From an uncultured Methanosarcinales archaeon (GTDB lineage: Archaea; Nanobdellota; Nanobdellia; Woesearchaeales; ARS49), in NCBI GenBank assembly GCA_964358315.1, contig CAYHOF010000005.1, positions 19,354 to 83,353 on the forward strand: a DNA stretch of 64,000 nucleotides. The letters run 5' to 3'. Positions 10,301-18,545 of the stretch are shown here, piece after piece; position 1 is the first letter of the stretch, and each line of letters begins with the position of its first letter. The position numbers and the translations under genes are program-made. The notes beneath the pieces were generated by a model. It saw only the letters and a program-made list of their open reading frames with translations. It searched no databases and had not been told where the DNA came from.

Positions 10301-10443
10301 ACGCGCCACCAGATATCGACGCGCAACCGGAAGATGAGGATGATGATGAAGGCGGTGATGCTCGCATAGACGACTTGGAGTGTGGTTAGCCCGAAGACGA
10401 TACGTTCCTTGTATTGGAGTTCTTGGGGTATCTCGTAGGTCAT
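7231..10443 (-). CDS. PrgI/VirB3-like - VirB4 ATPase - PD-(D/E)xK-like fusion protein
   Basis: N-terminal YEIPQELQYKERIVFGLT plus 2 TM (PrgI-like); Walker A ATSGSGKS, VIDPQGEY, Walker B LLVIDEAW, RKFNLGL..ITQ; C-terminal PDIAF...AFEIETG. Confidence 0.85.
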   Translation of the reverse strand: MTYEIPQELQYKERIVFGLTTLQVVYASITAFIIILIFRLRVDIWWRVGIASIPLIVGLLLIFGNLTERAQDLWFYFRTRRFSKYTKAMKEWLGHISVEKDHLTVRLGKQQRRIAILSIEPVNYKIKPTQEKEAIIKSFRRFLNSLDFPIQLFISTDPLDLTSYLQQLSQRTAQGHEHLFQSHKASILDIMRKRQTHNRQFYLIVPEQDGALDAQVAVVQNTLASMHLKPQRLTKTAITSVLQRQFNIKKQDGLTPTYVINKPTYADIDGHLHRVIAAHGYPRTVEDGWLDKLITAEGNFDISLHIEPYPIDQTLLMLNREIQKQRADLYAAQIKGQFLPSLDIQYNDTKNVLDGIQRGENRLFQVSLYLDIKATTPEQLDTQTRRATSYLNSMLIIPKIPTLRMAAGLQSMLPHANNALAQRRFITTQALGAFFPFTSPFLVLEDNGVFLGLNRNGLPIIKDIFALNNANGSILATSGSGKSYTSKLLISRYLMSGTKVIVIDPQGEYVKLAKEYKGSVIDISRDSETIINPLDLLGHSFVEKRLALLDLFNIMFGQLTEGQRAILDRAVSKTYALRAINEDTKTPTDPPTLGDLYHQLEVLKRQSTMYERSSYATLQNRLSMYVDGVFSFLNRPTKIKLDNNFVVFNIGNMPKQVKPVIMFLLLDYIYMRMKQDRQRKLLVIDEAWSLLQHAQDQSYIFEIVKTCRKFNLGLLMITQDVADLLQSNAGRATLANSSYTILLRQKASIINSVQEVFHLSHEEREHLMASCPGEGLLMMDNDHHEIRIIASPKEHELITTNPDELLQLEGDTAPNTTLAVKKVLIQLDLAKGFYRKSVLSPEEIDYLRRNGFIQSKHVPIRSNNYAVFLVRKEGRATTEHTYLTHAVYEEILRHTPHAWLNSTVRNNDVNPDIAFKNDKGQKCAFEIETGANFKHRPDYLATKVEHLNTHYPNRWWFVIAYNHWRKRYQNKFGNNVLLRHDLPQFCKTRLGKPSPSLYELTSNCQTKNIDENDKAVRQIKKETGSSNKAQKATANPAVQTKTGGKKHGRRTRTKNTKKMPRVRRQPTPKR

Positions 10444-11315
10444 CGTGGCCTCATTCCGGGATGGCTTGTCTCGACGGCCATCGCTGCGGCGAAGTGGCCT
10501 TTGATCATCATGAATGCCTGTGCGATGTCGCTGCGAAGGATGCTGAAGACGCTGCGGACGACAAGAAGGAGTACGAGGAGGATGAACCAGAGGTTGATGG
10601 TAGTGAATGCCAGGATGCTGAGGAGTACTTTCATCATGGCAAATGGTCCGGTGCTGGCGAGCAGGCTGGCTCCTAAGAGGATGAGACTAGCAAAGAATGG
10701 AAGAAAGATGACGAAGACTATGTTGGAGAGGATGAACTTGCCAACGTCGCGCAATGGTGGGATGAACCACAGGAAGATTCCTAGCGGAAAGAAGATCACG
10801 CCGATGCTTGACACCATGTACGTCAGTCCGAGCATGATGACGGTCAATGTCAGTGTCATCATGTAGAGCCAGCCAAAGACGATTTCCAACCCGATGTTGG
10901 GAAGGTTGTCGATGGTGAGCAGAAAGAATTGCGGATTGATGAGACTAATCACGCCTGTCGTGAGGCGGGAAGCAAGGTCTGTGATGAGTTGGTAGAAAAA
11001 GTAGCTGCCTTGGACGAGGGCGATCATGAGGATGGCGTTCTGTAGCCATTCTTTGGCGCGTTCTCGGCGTTCAGGGCTGTGGCCGCTGATGATGAAGGAA
11101 AAGCCAGCCCAGAGAAGGACGAGGCCGTAGAACAACGAGATGATGTAGATGATGATGGCCCAGATTGGCGCGAGTGGTTCTATTGTGGCAGGTTGCGTCA
11201 GGAGTAGTTTGATGGCGTCGAGTAATGGTTGTAGTGGCAGGTTGATGATCTTCAGGATGGCATCTCGCAATTCCCCTACCATGCATCCTGCAAGGTCGGT
11301 TATGCTGCACGTCAT
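10440..11315 (-). CDS. VirB6/TrbL-like polytopic membrane protein
   Basis: Many TM helices; lies between pilin and VirB4 with ATGA overlaps on both sides. Confidence 0.7.
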   Translation of the reverse strand: MTCSITDLAGCMVGELRDAILKIINLPLQPLLDAIKLLLTQPATIEPLAPIWAIIIYIISLFYGLVLLWAGFSFIISGHSPERRERAKEWLQNAILMIALVQGSYFFYQLITDLASRLTTGVISLINPQFFLLTIDNLPNIGLEIVFGWLYMMTLTLTVIMLGLTYMVSSIGVIFFPLGIFLWFIPPLRDVGKFILSNIVFVIFLPFFASLILLGASLLASTGPFAMMKVLLSILAFTTINLWFILLVLLLVVRSVFSILRSDIAQAFMMIKGHFAAAMAVETSHPGMRPR

Positions 11316-12592
11316 ACTGCACCGAGGGCGAAGCGTGCTGCGCGCCACAGCACAAGAACAACAGGAGCCGCAGACAATGCAGCCCATACCGAATCCCATG
11401 CGCCGCTCTCGACACTGATAGCCTTCCATGCGTTTCGGCCGCCTGCTTGGACGTGAATCATAGAATGGCCTTGTGCGGCCTTCAGTGTCGCGTCTTGTGC
11501 GACTATCTGAACTGTGTCCGCATAACTGAGTTGGACACTATCCGCACCGTTGACATGGACGTGGACATCCTCTCCTTTCTGATAAAACGTCCTCTCAGTG
11601 GATATGCTCAACGGTTCGAGGTTCGCGTCAATAGCGCAGGACTGCGCGCGTGACGTGAAGTAATCAGACAGCTCGAATGAACATACAGATGGCACAACCA
11701 CGATACCTTGATTGCCGTACCGCATGCCTTCGATACGCGTCCTGTTGACCGCTCTGACTCGCTGCTGAAACGGATAATAGGGGCCGGGACCAAGGAATGG
11801 CTCGAGCTCTGCTGATTGTTGTTCGAACACGGCATCACCCGCACGAAGAGTGTATCGCATCGCTCCGAGAACCACAGGACGAATCTCAACGCCTCCATTT
11901 TGATCCGCGAGCGTTTCGATACGTGCCGTGATTTTTGGTCTGTGCAATCGTGCAGAGAGACTGTCCGAAACGGTAACGACGTCCTTTCGTTGTTCGGTGC
12001 GTGAGTACACGCAGCGCTTGCCATCATCGTCGTACTGCCAGTCATAGTGCTTGACTGCCAATCGTATCGTAATCCTGAGTTCTGCCTGAAAGTCTGCGTC
12101 CGAGTCGACAGTATATGCACTAACTCTATCGTGACCGATGAGTTTACCATTCGCACGGATGTCAAGGGTAGACGTGTACTGCAGTGAGTATCTTGTCCTG
12201 CAGTCACCACGCTCGGTTCCCGATGGGGTCGTGATCTTGTACGAATGCAGTGTCAGGACTTCCCCTTGCGCTGGAATCAAGAGCACATCGCCGTCATAGG
12301 CGCTTGGCGTGACTGCAAGGATGCGGACCCATGCATTCCGCACGATTCCTCGGTTGATACCGCTTGTTCCGGCGGGTGGTCCTTGCGGTGTTATTGCGCC
12401 GTTCCAAGCGCGGGTATCGGCAATCATTGACGCAAGGATGCTTTGCGTCTCATGCTCGGGAAGGCCCGCAATTAACACGGCGCGGCAGCTATCAGGGTCG
12501 AGCGTACGCTCGCAAGGAAATGCTATCGCCGCGGTGGCGACCAGCAACCCCATTACGAGGTAAAGAGTTGCACGACGTAGGGTGCTACCCAT
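11312..12592 (-). CDS. Secreted/membrane-anchored beta-rich protein (start may be 12553)
   Basis: N-terminal signal-like segment, paired Cys, C-terminal TM; TAATG overlap with the pilin stop. Confidence 0.65.
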   Translation of the reverse strand: MGSTLRRATLYLVMGLLVATAAIAFPCERTLDPDSCRAVLIAGLPEHETQSILASMIADTRAWNGAITPQGPPAGTSGINRGIVRNAWVRILAVTPSAYDGDVLLIPAQGEVLTLHSYKITTPSGTERGDCRTRYSLQYTSTLDIRANGKLIGHDRVSAYTVDSDADFQAELRITIRLAVKHYDWQYDDDGKRCVYSRTEQRKDVVTVSDSLSARLHRPKITARIETLADQNGGVEIRPVVLGAMRYTLRAGDAVFEQQSAELEPFLGPGPYYPFQQRVRAVNRTRIEGMRYGNQGIVVVPSVCSFELSDYFTSRAQSCAIDANLEPLSISTERTFYQKGEDVHVHVNGADSVQLSYADTVQIVAQDATLKAAQGHSMIHVQAGGRNAWKAISVESGAWDSVWAALSAAPVVLVLWRAARFALGAV

Positions 12593-12894
12593 ATCACCAC
12601 CAGGCCTATCACGACGTAGGCCACCATGTTCTTCGCGTTGTCCCGATCCCCTGCGTTGTTGCCGCTCATCATGTACTTGATGCCAGCAAACAACAATACC
12701 ACGAGCGCGATTGCCGTCGCGATGTACCTGACCATGTTGTAGATCTTCCAGACAGGCTGGAGAACCTGGTCGAACTTCGCGATGTCAGCGGCGGATGGTG
12801 CGGGTGGCGTCTGCGCCAGCACTGGCATCACCATCGTCATCAACATCAATGTCGCCAGAAGCGGCATCAGCACGTTCTTCGTAGTCTGTCTCAT
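12553..12894 (-). CDS. VirB2/TrbC-family pilin
   Basis: Signal peptide plus hydrophobic hairpin with AGIKYMMSGNNAGDRDNAKNMVAYVVIGL. Confidence 0.85.
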   Translation of the reverse strand: MRQTTKNVLMPLLATLMLMTMVMPVLAQTPPAPSAADIAKFDQVLQPVWKIYNMVRYIATAIALVVLLFAGIKYMMSGNNAGDRDNAKNMVAYVVIGLVVIWVAPYVVQLFTS

Positions 12895-13103
12895 TGTTTC
12901 CCTCCATCCTCCCTCGTAATCTCGTCCACAAGCTTTCGAATACGTTCATTCTGTTCGACCTCCGTCGTGTTGCCTTGGGCGAGTTCGAAATAGCACTCGC
13001 CGCACAGTCTCGCTTCGCTTTTGCGGAGCCGACGGGAGCATCGATCGCAAAACCGTCGCCTCCGTGCATTTTTCGCGTACTTCCATTTCTTGGCTCGCGC
13101 CAC
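12891..13103 (-). CDS. Basic Zn-finger small protein, first gene of the transfer operon
   Basis: CDRC...CGEC; GGAGG SD before a GTG start; overlaps the pilin start. Confidence 0.55.
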   Translation of the reverse strand: MARAKKWKYAKNARRRRFCDRCSRRLRKSEARLCGECYFELAQGNTTEVEQNERIRKLVDEITREDGGKQ

Positions 13104-13268
13104 TTGATCCCCTCCATGTGTTGAGAGCTCACGCTAACCTGAATCATTTTCTCAGTTTACGCATGAGCGTTACCGACGTAGTTCAACGACACACGTCGCT
13201 GACAATCATACTGTGGTAAGAATTCTATAAGAAGTTTGTAGCATAACTGTGGCGACAATGATGAGAAT

Positions 13269-14597
13269 CTACTTACGTTTCCTACTTCTCTGTTTCTTCT
13301 TCTTTCGCAGGGTGGTTACTTTCCCAGTAAACACACTCAGAATCATCTTTATTTTAGAAAGGAGTTCATCATACGCGATGATATCAACATTAGAATTGCT
13401 GTTCCTAAAAAGTTCGAATGACTGTTTCTGCTCTTTGTTTAAGTCAGATATTCTACCCGCGATGAGAAGACATTTCGGGTTAAAACCTACAAGATCCTTA
13501 TTACCTTTGATAATTGATTCAAAATGTGTTTGGAACGTGTGTTTCTGGTGAAGAACTTGACTGATTGCTCCGGACAACTGTTTATGTATCGAAAAGCATC
13601 CATTTCGGTATTCTTTTGCATTCATGAGTGACGTTCTTTGCGTTTTGATTTCTATAAGCGCAAGGTTGCCCGTGAGTCCGCACTTGTAAAGGAAGTCAAC
13701 GATACTGCCTCCTCTGTTATCAATGGTTGTTCCTCCGACAAATGCTCTATCTTTTACGAATACTGCGGCATACGCAAAAAGTTGTGAAAGTATCCAGCTA
13801 TTCTCTTTGAAGAAGTCCTGCCATTCTTCTTCCTTGATATTTTTCCGACCTAGTTTGCTCTCGAATTCTTCCAGGATTGTTTCAATCAACTTAGTGTTGA
13901 TCTGGTTTCTGGACCTAAGGACGGCAGAGTTTTCCCCAGCGCCTTTAACAGTGATGCTGCCCGCAATACTGAATATTTCCTGCTGGTCCTCTTTAGAAAG
14001 TCTCGCAGCAACGCTCTCATACTCGGTCAAAATGTCCTTGATCAAACCCGATGGATACGGTTCCCACGAATCCGAAAATTCGGAAGGCAAGATCTTAGAA
14101 AGATCCCGCTTCAGCTTGCAGCGGACTCTCGTAGAGTTCTGGTTCTGGCATTTGTATGTCTTCTTTTGAACCTTTTGTAAGTCTTCGATATTCAATGTGA
14201 GAATTCCCTTGCTGATTGAAGTCTTGCTTCGTGTTAGGACTAAAGCAGATATGCCCACGCCCTCGAGCTCAGTGATGAAAGGTCTGAATTTTTGTGTTGC
14301 GCCAAACTTATACTGACTTTTACTGAACCCGTCAGGGAATGTTCCTCCAAGACCATCTAGGGCGATAGAATGAATTTTCTTGTATTTTTGTTGAAATTTT
14401 CCTGTCCGTCTATTGAAATAGTAGGGGTAAAAAATCTGAGTATCCTTGCTTTTCAAGATCTTCTTTGCGAGAATCTTCTGTTTTGTCGCATGATGGATTG
14501 CATAGTAGTTGATGGCTTCAGCTCCGTCTTCGCTAACGAGATCAATTTCCCTTGCATTCGGGGTCTGTATCGGACTTACTGCCTGGTCAGAGCTCAT
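13269..14597 (-). CDS. sduA: Shedu anti-phage nuclease (DUF4263)
   Basis: EEEWQDFFKENSWIL, VDFL, LIEIKT, LSGAISQVLHQK, LIAGR, IIAYDEL. Confidence 0.85.
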   Translation of the reverse strand: MSSDQAVSPIQTPNAREIDLVSEDGAEAINYYAIHHATKQKILAKKILKSKDTQIFYPYYFNRRTGKFQQKYKKIHSIALDGLGGTFPDGFSKSQYKFGATQKFRPFITELEGVGISALVLTRSKTSISKGILTLNIEDLQKVQKKTYKCQNQNSTRVRCKLKRDLSKILPSEFSDSWEPYPSGLIKDILTEYESVAARLSKEDQQEIFSIAGSITVKGAGENSAVLRSRNQINTKLIETILEEFESKLGRKNIKEEEWQDFFKENSWILSQLFAYAAVFVKDRAFVGGTTIDNRGGSIVDFLYKCGLTGNLALIEIKTQRTSLMNAKEYRNGCFSIHKQLSGAISQVLHQKHTFQTHFESIIKGNKDLVGFNPKCLLIAGRISDLNKEQKQSFELFRNSNSNVDIIAYDELLSKIKMILSVFTGKVTTLRKKKKQRSRKRK

Positions 14598-14628
14598 TCT
14601 GACGCGTCAGAATGACATCCGTATTAAT

Positions 14629-15774
14629 TCATTGCGCTTCCATTAAGTCAGGAACCGGCACACCTGCTAGCAGTTTCCGAAGCAGTAATTGTACTTGTGC
14701 ATTACCTAGGAGACTTTTCACCATATCGTCTGATAAATCTGGCATCTTTCTGTCAACAAGTTGTATTGTGTCGACTGATGGCTGCTCATTCATCTTCAAT
14801 ATCGCCCCATCTAGGTCCTTTCCGGTCATGTGTATGTATGTGCTTGGCATGTCGCTTCCTTGGGTCCAGCCGAAGTAGTGGTTCATTTGGAACTCGGTGA
14901 GGTGGTTGGCGAGGATGCTTGCTCTGCTGTGTCGGAAGATATGCGGGTTACAGCGTTTGCGTATTCCTGCTGCTTTGAATGCGTCGCGGATGACTTTTGC
15001 GAGTGCTGCATATTTGGATGGTTCTCGGGGGTGTACTGCGCCGACGTTAATCCAGACTGCTGCGTCAGGGTTGTCTTTAAAGGGGTGGCAGTCGAGCCAG
15101 TTGGCGAGGTGTTTGACGCTTTGGACTATTCTGACACGTCTGGAGCCTGTCTTTCCAGTGACGTTTAGGATACCACCATGCCTGTCAAAGGAGACACTTT
15201 TGAGCGTGAGATTACCTATCTCGCCCACGCGGCAGCCGCTTTCGGCAAGAACTGCGAGAAATGCCTTTGATCGCGGGTGGTCCGCCTTGTTGATTGCACG
15301 ATTGACTTCTTCTTCTGTGATGAGATCTTTAGGGGAAAGCAGCTGTACGTCCTTCTGCTTCAGGGTGGTCTTGATGAACTTGACCTCTGGAGGGTAGTCT
15401 TCATTGTTGCCTCGGAGCCACTTGTAGAACTTCTTGAGGATTGTCTTATAGGTTACTTTTGTCCAAGATGTCCACGTGTGGGTTTCGATCTGGCTCACGA
15501 GGTCTTTGAGGTCGTCATGCTGCGCCTTCTCAAGGTCAACCCGTAGCATGCCTGCGAGGGTGCGCATGCTTTCGATAAGCTTGATGATACGTGGTTTACT
15601 AAGGCCTTGCACGAAGCAATCGTCGTGGAAGCGTCGTATGACTGTCTTGTTTGCCACGCTCAACTTGCTCTTTTCTAGGTAGGCAAGTTCGCGTTTAAGG
15701 CGCGAAGGGTAGTCGTGTATATCTAGGGCGGTCTTGCGCGATTCTTGTCCGATAGAAGTGATGTCTGTTCCCAT
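14629..15774 (-). CDS. int: Tyrosine recombinase/integrase
   Basis: ESGCRVGE, GKTG, PHIFRHSRA, FGW...YIH; GGAGG SD before ATG 15774. Confidence 0.93.
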   Translation of the reverse strand: MGTDITSIGQESRKTALDIHDYPSRLKRELAYLEKSKLSVANKTVIRRFHDDCFVQGLSKPRIIKLIESMRTLAGMLRVDLEKAQHDDLKDLVSQIETHTWTSWTKVTYKTILKKFYKWLRGNNEDYPPEVKFIKTTLKQKDVQLLSPKDLITEEEVNRAINKADHPRSKAFLAVLAESGCRVGEIGNLTLKSVSFDRHGGILNVTGKTGSRRVRIVQSVKHLANWLDCHPFKDNPDAAVWINVGAVHPREPSKYAALAKVIRDAFKAAGIRKRCNPHIFRHSRASILANHLTEFQMNHYFGWTQGSDMPSTYIHMTGKDLDGAILKMNEQPSVDTIQLVDRKMPDLSDDMVKSLLGNAQVQLLLRKLLAGVPVPDLMEAQ

Positions 15775-15882
15775 GTGTTCCTCCATAGGACTGGCGCGCA
15801 TATAAGCCTCGTAGCACTTGTGTGCCCACGAAGGTAGGCGTATCAAAAACGCCAGAACGCCGCCGGCAGACGTACTGTTTCA

Positions 15883-15914
15883 GGTTCACATCCTACACCT
15901 GTAGGATCCGAACC
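15883..15914. repeat. Inverted repeat between the tRNA 3' end and the integrase
   Basis: GGTTC-AC-ATCCTACA-CC-TGTAGGAT-CC-GAACC. Confidence 0.55.
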
Positions 15915-15924
15915 CAAATTCATA

Positions 15925-16021
15925 CGCCACCGGCAGGATTTGAACCTGCAATTCCTTGCGGAACTGGTTTGCTTGATGTTTTGTTCAAGACCAGCGCACT
16001 ACCAGGTTATGCGACAGTGGC
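15925..16021 (-). tRNA. tRNA-Ser(TGA) with a 14-nt intron at 37/38 (15970-15983)
   Basis: Acceptor GCCACTG/CGGTGGC, discriminator G, anticodon stem CTGGT/ACCAG, long variable arm TTCCGCAAGGAA, T loop TTCAAAT; CTTGA/TCAAG pairing gives a BHB-type helix. Confidence 0.93.
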
Positions 16022-16087
16022 ATTATGGTATCTTTGTCTGGATTTTCAATTTAAAGGCTTCGGTTCAGGGCATGCTCGTGCCTGTTG

Positions 16088-17689
16088 TTAGAGCAAGAAC
16101 GTCATCAGCAGGATGCCGATGATGGCCGCGAGCGTGCCGTAGATGAGGCACGGGAGCGCGGTGGCGCGGATCACGTCCGATTCTCTGTGTTTGAGCCCGA
16201 CGACGGCGCTCGCTGCGACGATGTTGTGCACGGCGACCATGTTGCCTACTGCGCCGCCCACGCTTTGCAGTGCGAGGATGATGCTTGGCGCGAGGCCCAG
16301 CGCGAGCGCTGTCTTGAGCTGGAACGGTCCGAAGAGAAGGTTGGAGACGGTGTTGCTGCCTGCGATGAACGCGCCGAGGATGCCGATGAAAGGGGATGCG
16401 GCGCTGAACGCGTCGCCAAGCAGTGTCGCTGCCCCCGCGAGCGCGTCAGGCATGCCTGGAAGTCCGAGGGGATTTGTGGAGGTCGCCAAGAATACGTTGA
16501 CCATGCCGACCGCGCCTGTGAGGGCGATGAGCGGGTGGAGGAGGCGTGCGAGCGTCTTTTTCCCTTCGATGACTGCGTGGTGTGGGGGGAGTTTGTACAC
16601 GATCGTGGCTATGATGCCGCACGCGAGGAAGATGAACGCCGGGGAATACAGTGGCAAGAACGTGAAGCTCTCGGTGCCGAGGGGGAACGTGATGGCGACG
16701 GTTTGGAGCCAGGCTTGGAGGGGCAGTTGCGGCAGGCGTGTGATGACGAGCAGGACTGCCACGAGCATGTAGGGTAGCATTGCAAGTGTAGGTGACATGC
16801 GGCCGTCGTGCACGTCAGGCACGTGGTGGCCCGTCCATGATTTGTCCCATTGCGCGCGGGGCGGGAAGCGCCACACGTTGCGCGGCACGAGGAATCCTGC
16901 GCGGGCGGCGATGATGACGATGATCATGCCGACGAGGCCGCCGATGATGCTGGCCAGTTCAGGGCCCAGCACGAACGCGCTGACGGCCATCGGGACCGTG
17001 AACGCCGCGCCGGAAAAGAGCGCGAACGGTGCGGCTTCCAGCCCGTCCTTCCACGACTTGCGCTGCCCGAACATGCGCGTCATGACCATGACGATCATGA
17101 GCGGCACGATGATGCCGACGATGCCGTGCAGCACGGACGCGTAGCGTGTGACTCCCGTGACGTATTCGTGGGCGTACGACCCGATGCCGACAGTGATGGG
17201 CACGCCTGCCGCGCCGAACGTGACGGGTGCGCTGTTCGCCAGCACTGCGACGATGACTGCTGCGAGCGCTGGGAAGCCGAGGCTCACGAGCAGTGGTGCG
17301 GCGAGCGCCTGCGGCGTGCCAAAGCCTGCTGCTCCTTCGATGAAGGCGCCGAAGAGCCACGCGATGATGATGGCCTGGATGCGGCGGTCCTGCGACACGG
17401 CGCCGAGCATGCGGTCGATCGTGGCCACTGCGCCGCCGATCTCGAGGATGCGCAACAGCAGGATCGCGGCGAAGATCACGTACAGGATGTTGACCGTTAT
17501 GAGGAATCCTTTGGCGACCGCGACGCCCACTGCAACGAGGGTGATGTGCCACTGCGTGAGTGCGAGCAGTGCCGTGACGAGGAGCGTCATGGGCATGGCC
17601 TTGTCTGCAGGCCAACGATAGCCGACGATCAGCCCGAACACGATCAGGATGGGCAGTGCGGCAAGGAATGCGAGCAGGATGTGCGTCAC
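16088..17689 (-). CDS. lctP: L-lactate permease (start approximate)
   Basis: DRRIQAIIIAWLFGAFIEGAAGFGTP, AGSNTVSNLLF, many TMs. Confidence 0.9.
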   Translation of the reverse strand: MTHILLAFLAALPILIVFGLIVGYRWPADKAMPMTLLVTALLALTQWHITLVAVGVAVAKGFLITVNILYVIFAAILLLRILEIGGAVATIDRMLGAVSQDRRIQAIIIAWLFGAFIEGAAGFGTPQALAAPLLVSLGFPALAAVIVAVLANSAPVTFGAAGVPITVGIGSYAHEYVTGVTRYASVLHGIVGIIVPLMIVMVMTRMFGQRKSWKDGLEAAPFALFSGAAFTVPMAVSAFVLGPELASIIGGLVGMIIVIIAARAGFLVPRNVWRFPPRAQWDKSWTGHHVPDVHDGRMSPTLAMLPYMLVAVLLVITRLPQLPLQAWLQTVAITFPLGTESFTFLPLYSPAFIFLACGIIATIVYKLPPHHAVIEGKKTLARLLHPLIALTGAVGMVNVFLATSTNPLGLPGMPDALAGAATLLGDAFSAASPFIGILGAFIAGSNTVSNLLFGPFQLKTALALGLAPSIILALQSVGGAVGNMVAVHNIVAASAVVGLKHRESDVIRATALPCLIYGTLAAIIGILLMTFLL

Positions 17690-17799
17690 CTCTTTCTGTG
17701 CTGTCACAAGTCCGACTCGTATATAAAGAAGGCGGCCGCCGTGGGACACGACGTATTGTGCGTAATCGTTATATACCGACGTGTGCGGCGGTCGACATC

Positions 17800-18105
17800 A
17801 TGGCATCACCTTATGACGTCGGCTACGTGTTTCTTGCCTGGAACGGGAAGCTGACGGAAGACCAGCGTACGTACATAGTGACGCAAGCTATTGACATGTA
17901 CTGCAGGAAGGAGATGAAGCGCAAGCTCGCGGACGACACGCTTGAGGGTGTGCTGCGCACGGACCGCAGCAGGCAGTGCTTTGTTTCATTCGTCGGTCAG
18001 CAGTTCGACGCCGAACTCGAGACTGACGCAGGCAAGGTCAAGGCCGCCTTCCTCGTGCTGGATCCGTCCAAGAAGGAGATCGCCGACCTCGTCGCGCGGA
18101 ACTAG
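17800..18105 (+). CDS. Hypothetical protein
   Basis: ORF with TTATATA about 25 nt upstream and host-like codon use. Confidence 0.6.
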   Translation: MASPYDVGYVFLAWNGKLTEDQRTYIVTQAIDMYCRKEMKRKLADDTLEGVLRTDRSRQCFVSFVGQQFDAELETDAGKVKAAFLVLDPSKKEIADLVARN

Positions 18106-18161
18106 ACGCGAGCGTTTTTATACCGATAGTGTTTTGTCGTGGGAAGAAAGAGGTGTGGCAT

Positions 18162-18386
18162 ATGCATAACTGCAATTATGATAAGGTGGCGCTCATGCAC
18201 CAGTTGAAGCAGATCTGGTCCAGGCTGGATATGTATAGCAAGGACGCGAAGGGCGAGGACCATCCGCTCTGCGACAAGATGTACCAGGAACTCAAGAAGG
18301 ATCTGGAAAAACACATCAAGAAGCTCGAGATGGCGGTCACCGGCCTTGCGAAGGAAGGCAAGTTCGCCTTCTGCGAAAAGTGCTGA
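18162..18386 (+). CDS. Small ferritin-like helical protein
   Basis: GAGGTG SD; two helices with YSKDA and EKH motifs. Confidence 0.55.
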   Translation: MHNCNYDKVALMHQLKQIWSRLDMYSKDAKGEDHPLCDKMYQELKKDLEKHIKKLEMAVTGLAKEGKFAFCEKC

Positions 18387-18412
18387 ACCGCAAGCCTTAA
18401 AGGTCTTGCGGT
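18387..18412 (+). terminator. Hairpin after the ferritin-like gene
   Basis: ACCGCAAG-CCTTAAAGGT-CTTGCGGT. Confidence 0.35.
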
Positions 18413-18545
18413 GGGCTTCCGTCGTGAACCGTGGACGTATGGACCGGAAGGTTTATATAGTGTGCGCCAAATTCTTATATAAGATTAGTTGTTGCGCAGC
18501 ATCTATGTTGCGCTAGTGGGTTTTGGAGTTAGGGGGACGCGACCA

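Larger units (their letters stand above)
1..15925. mobile_element. Integrated element (ICE-like/defence island) at the 3' end of tRNA-Ser; left end probably outside the window
   Basis: Tyrosine integrase lies directly 3' of tRNA-Ser, followed by pilin/VirB6/VirB4 genes and defence genes. The defence genes are visibly more AT-rich than the backbone. No second copy of the tRNA 3' end was found in the window. Confidence 0.8.

Noticed and set aside
1..15900. Second att site (copy of the tRNA-Ser 3' end)
   Set aside because: Not found by eye; the boundary probably lies left of the window.
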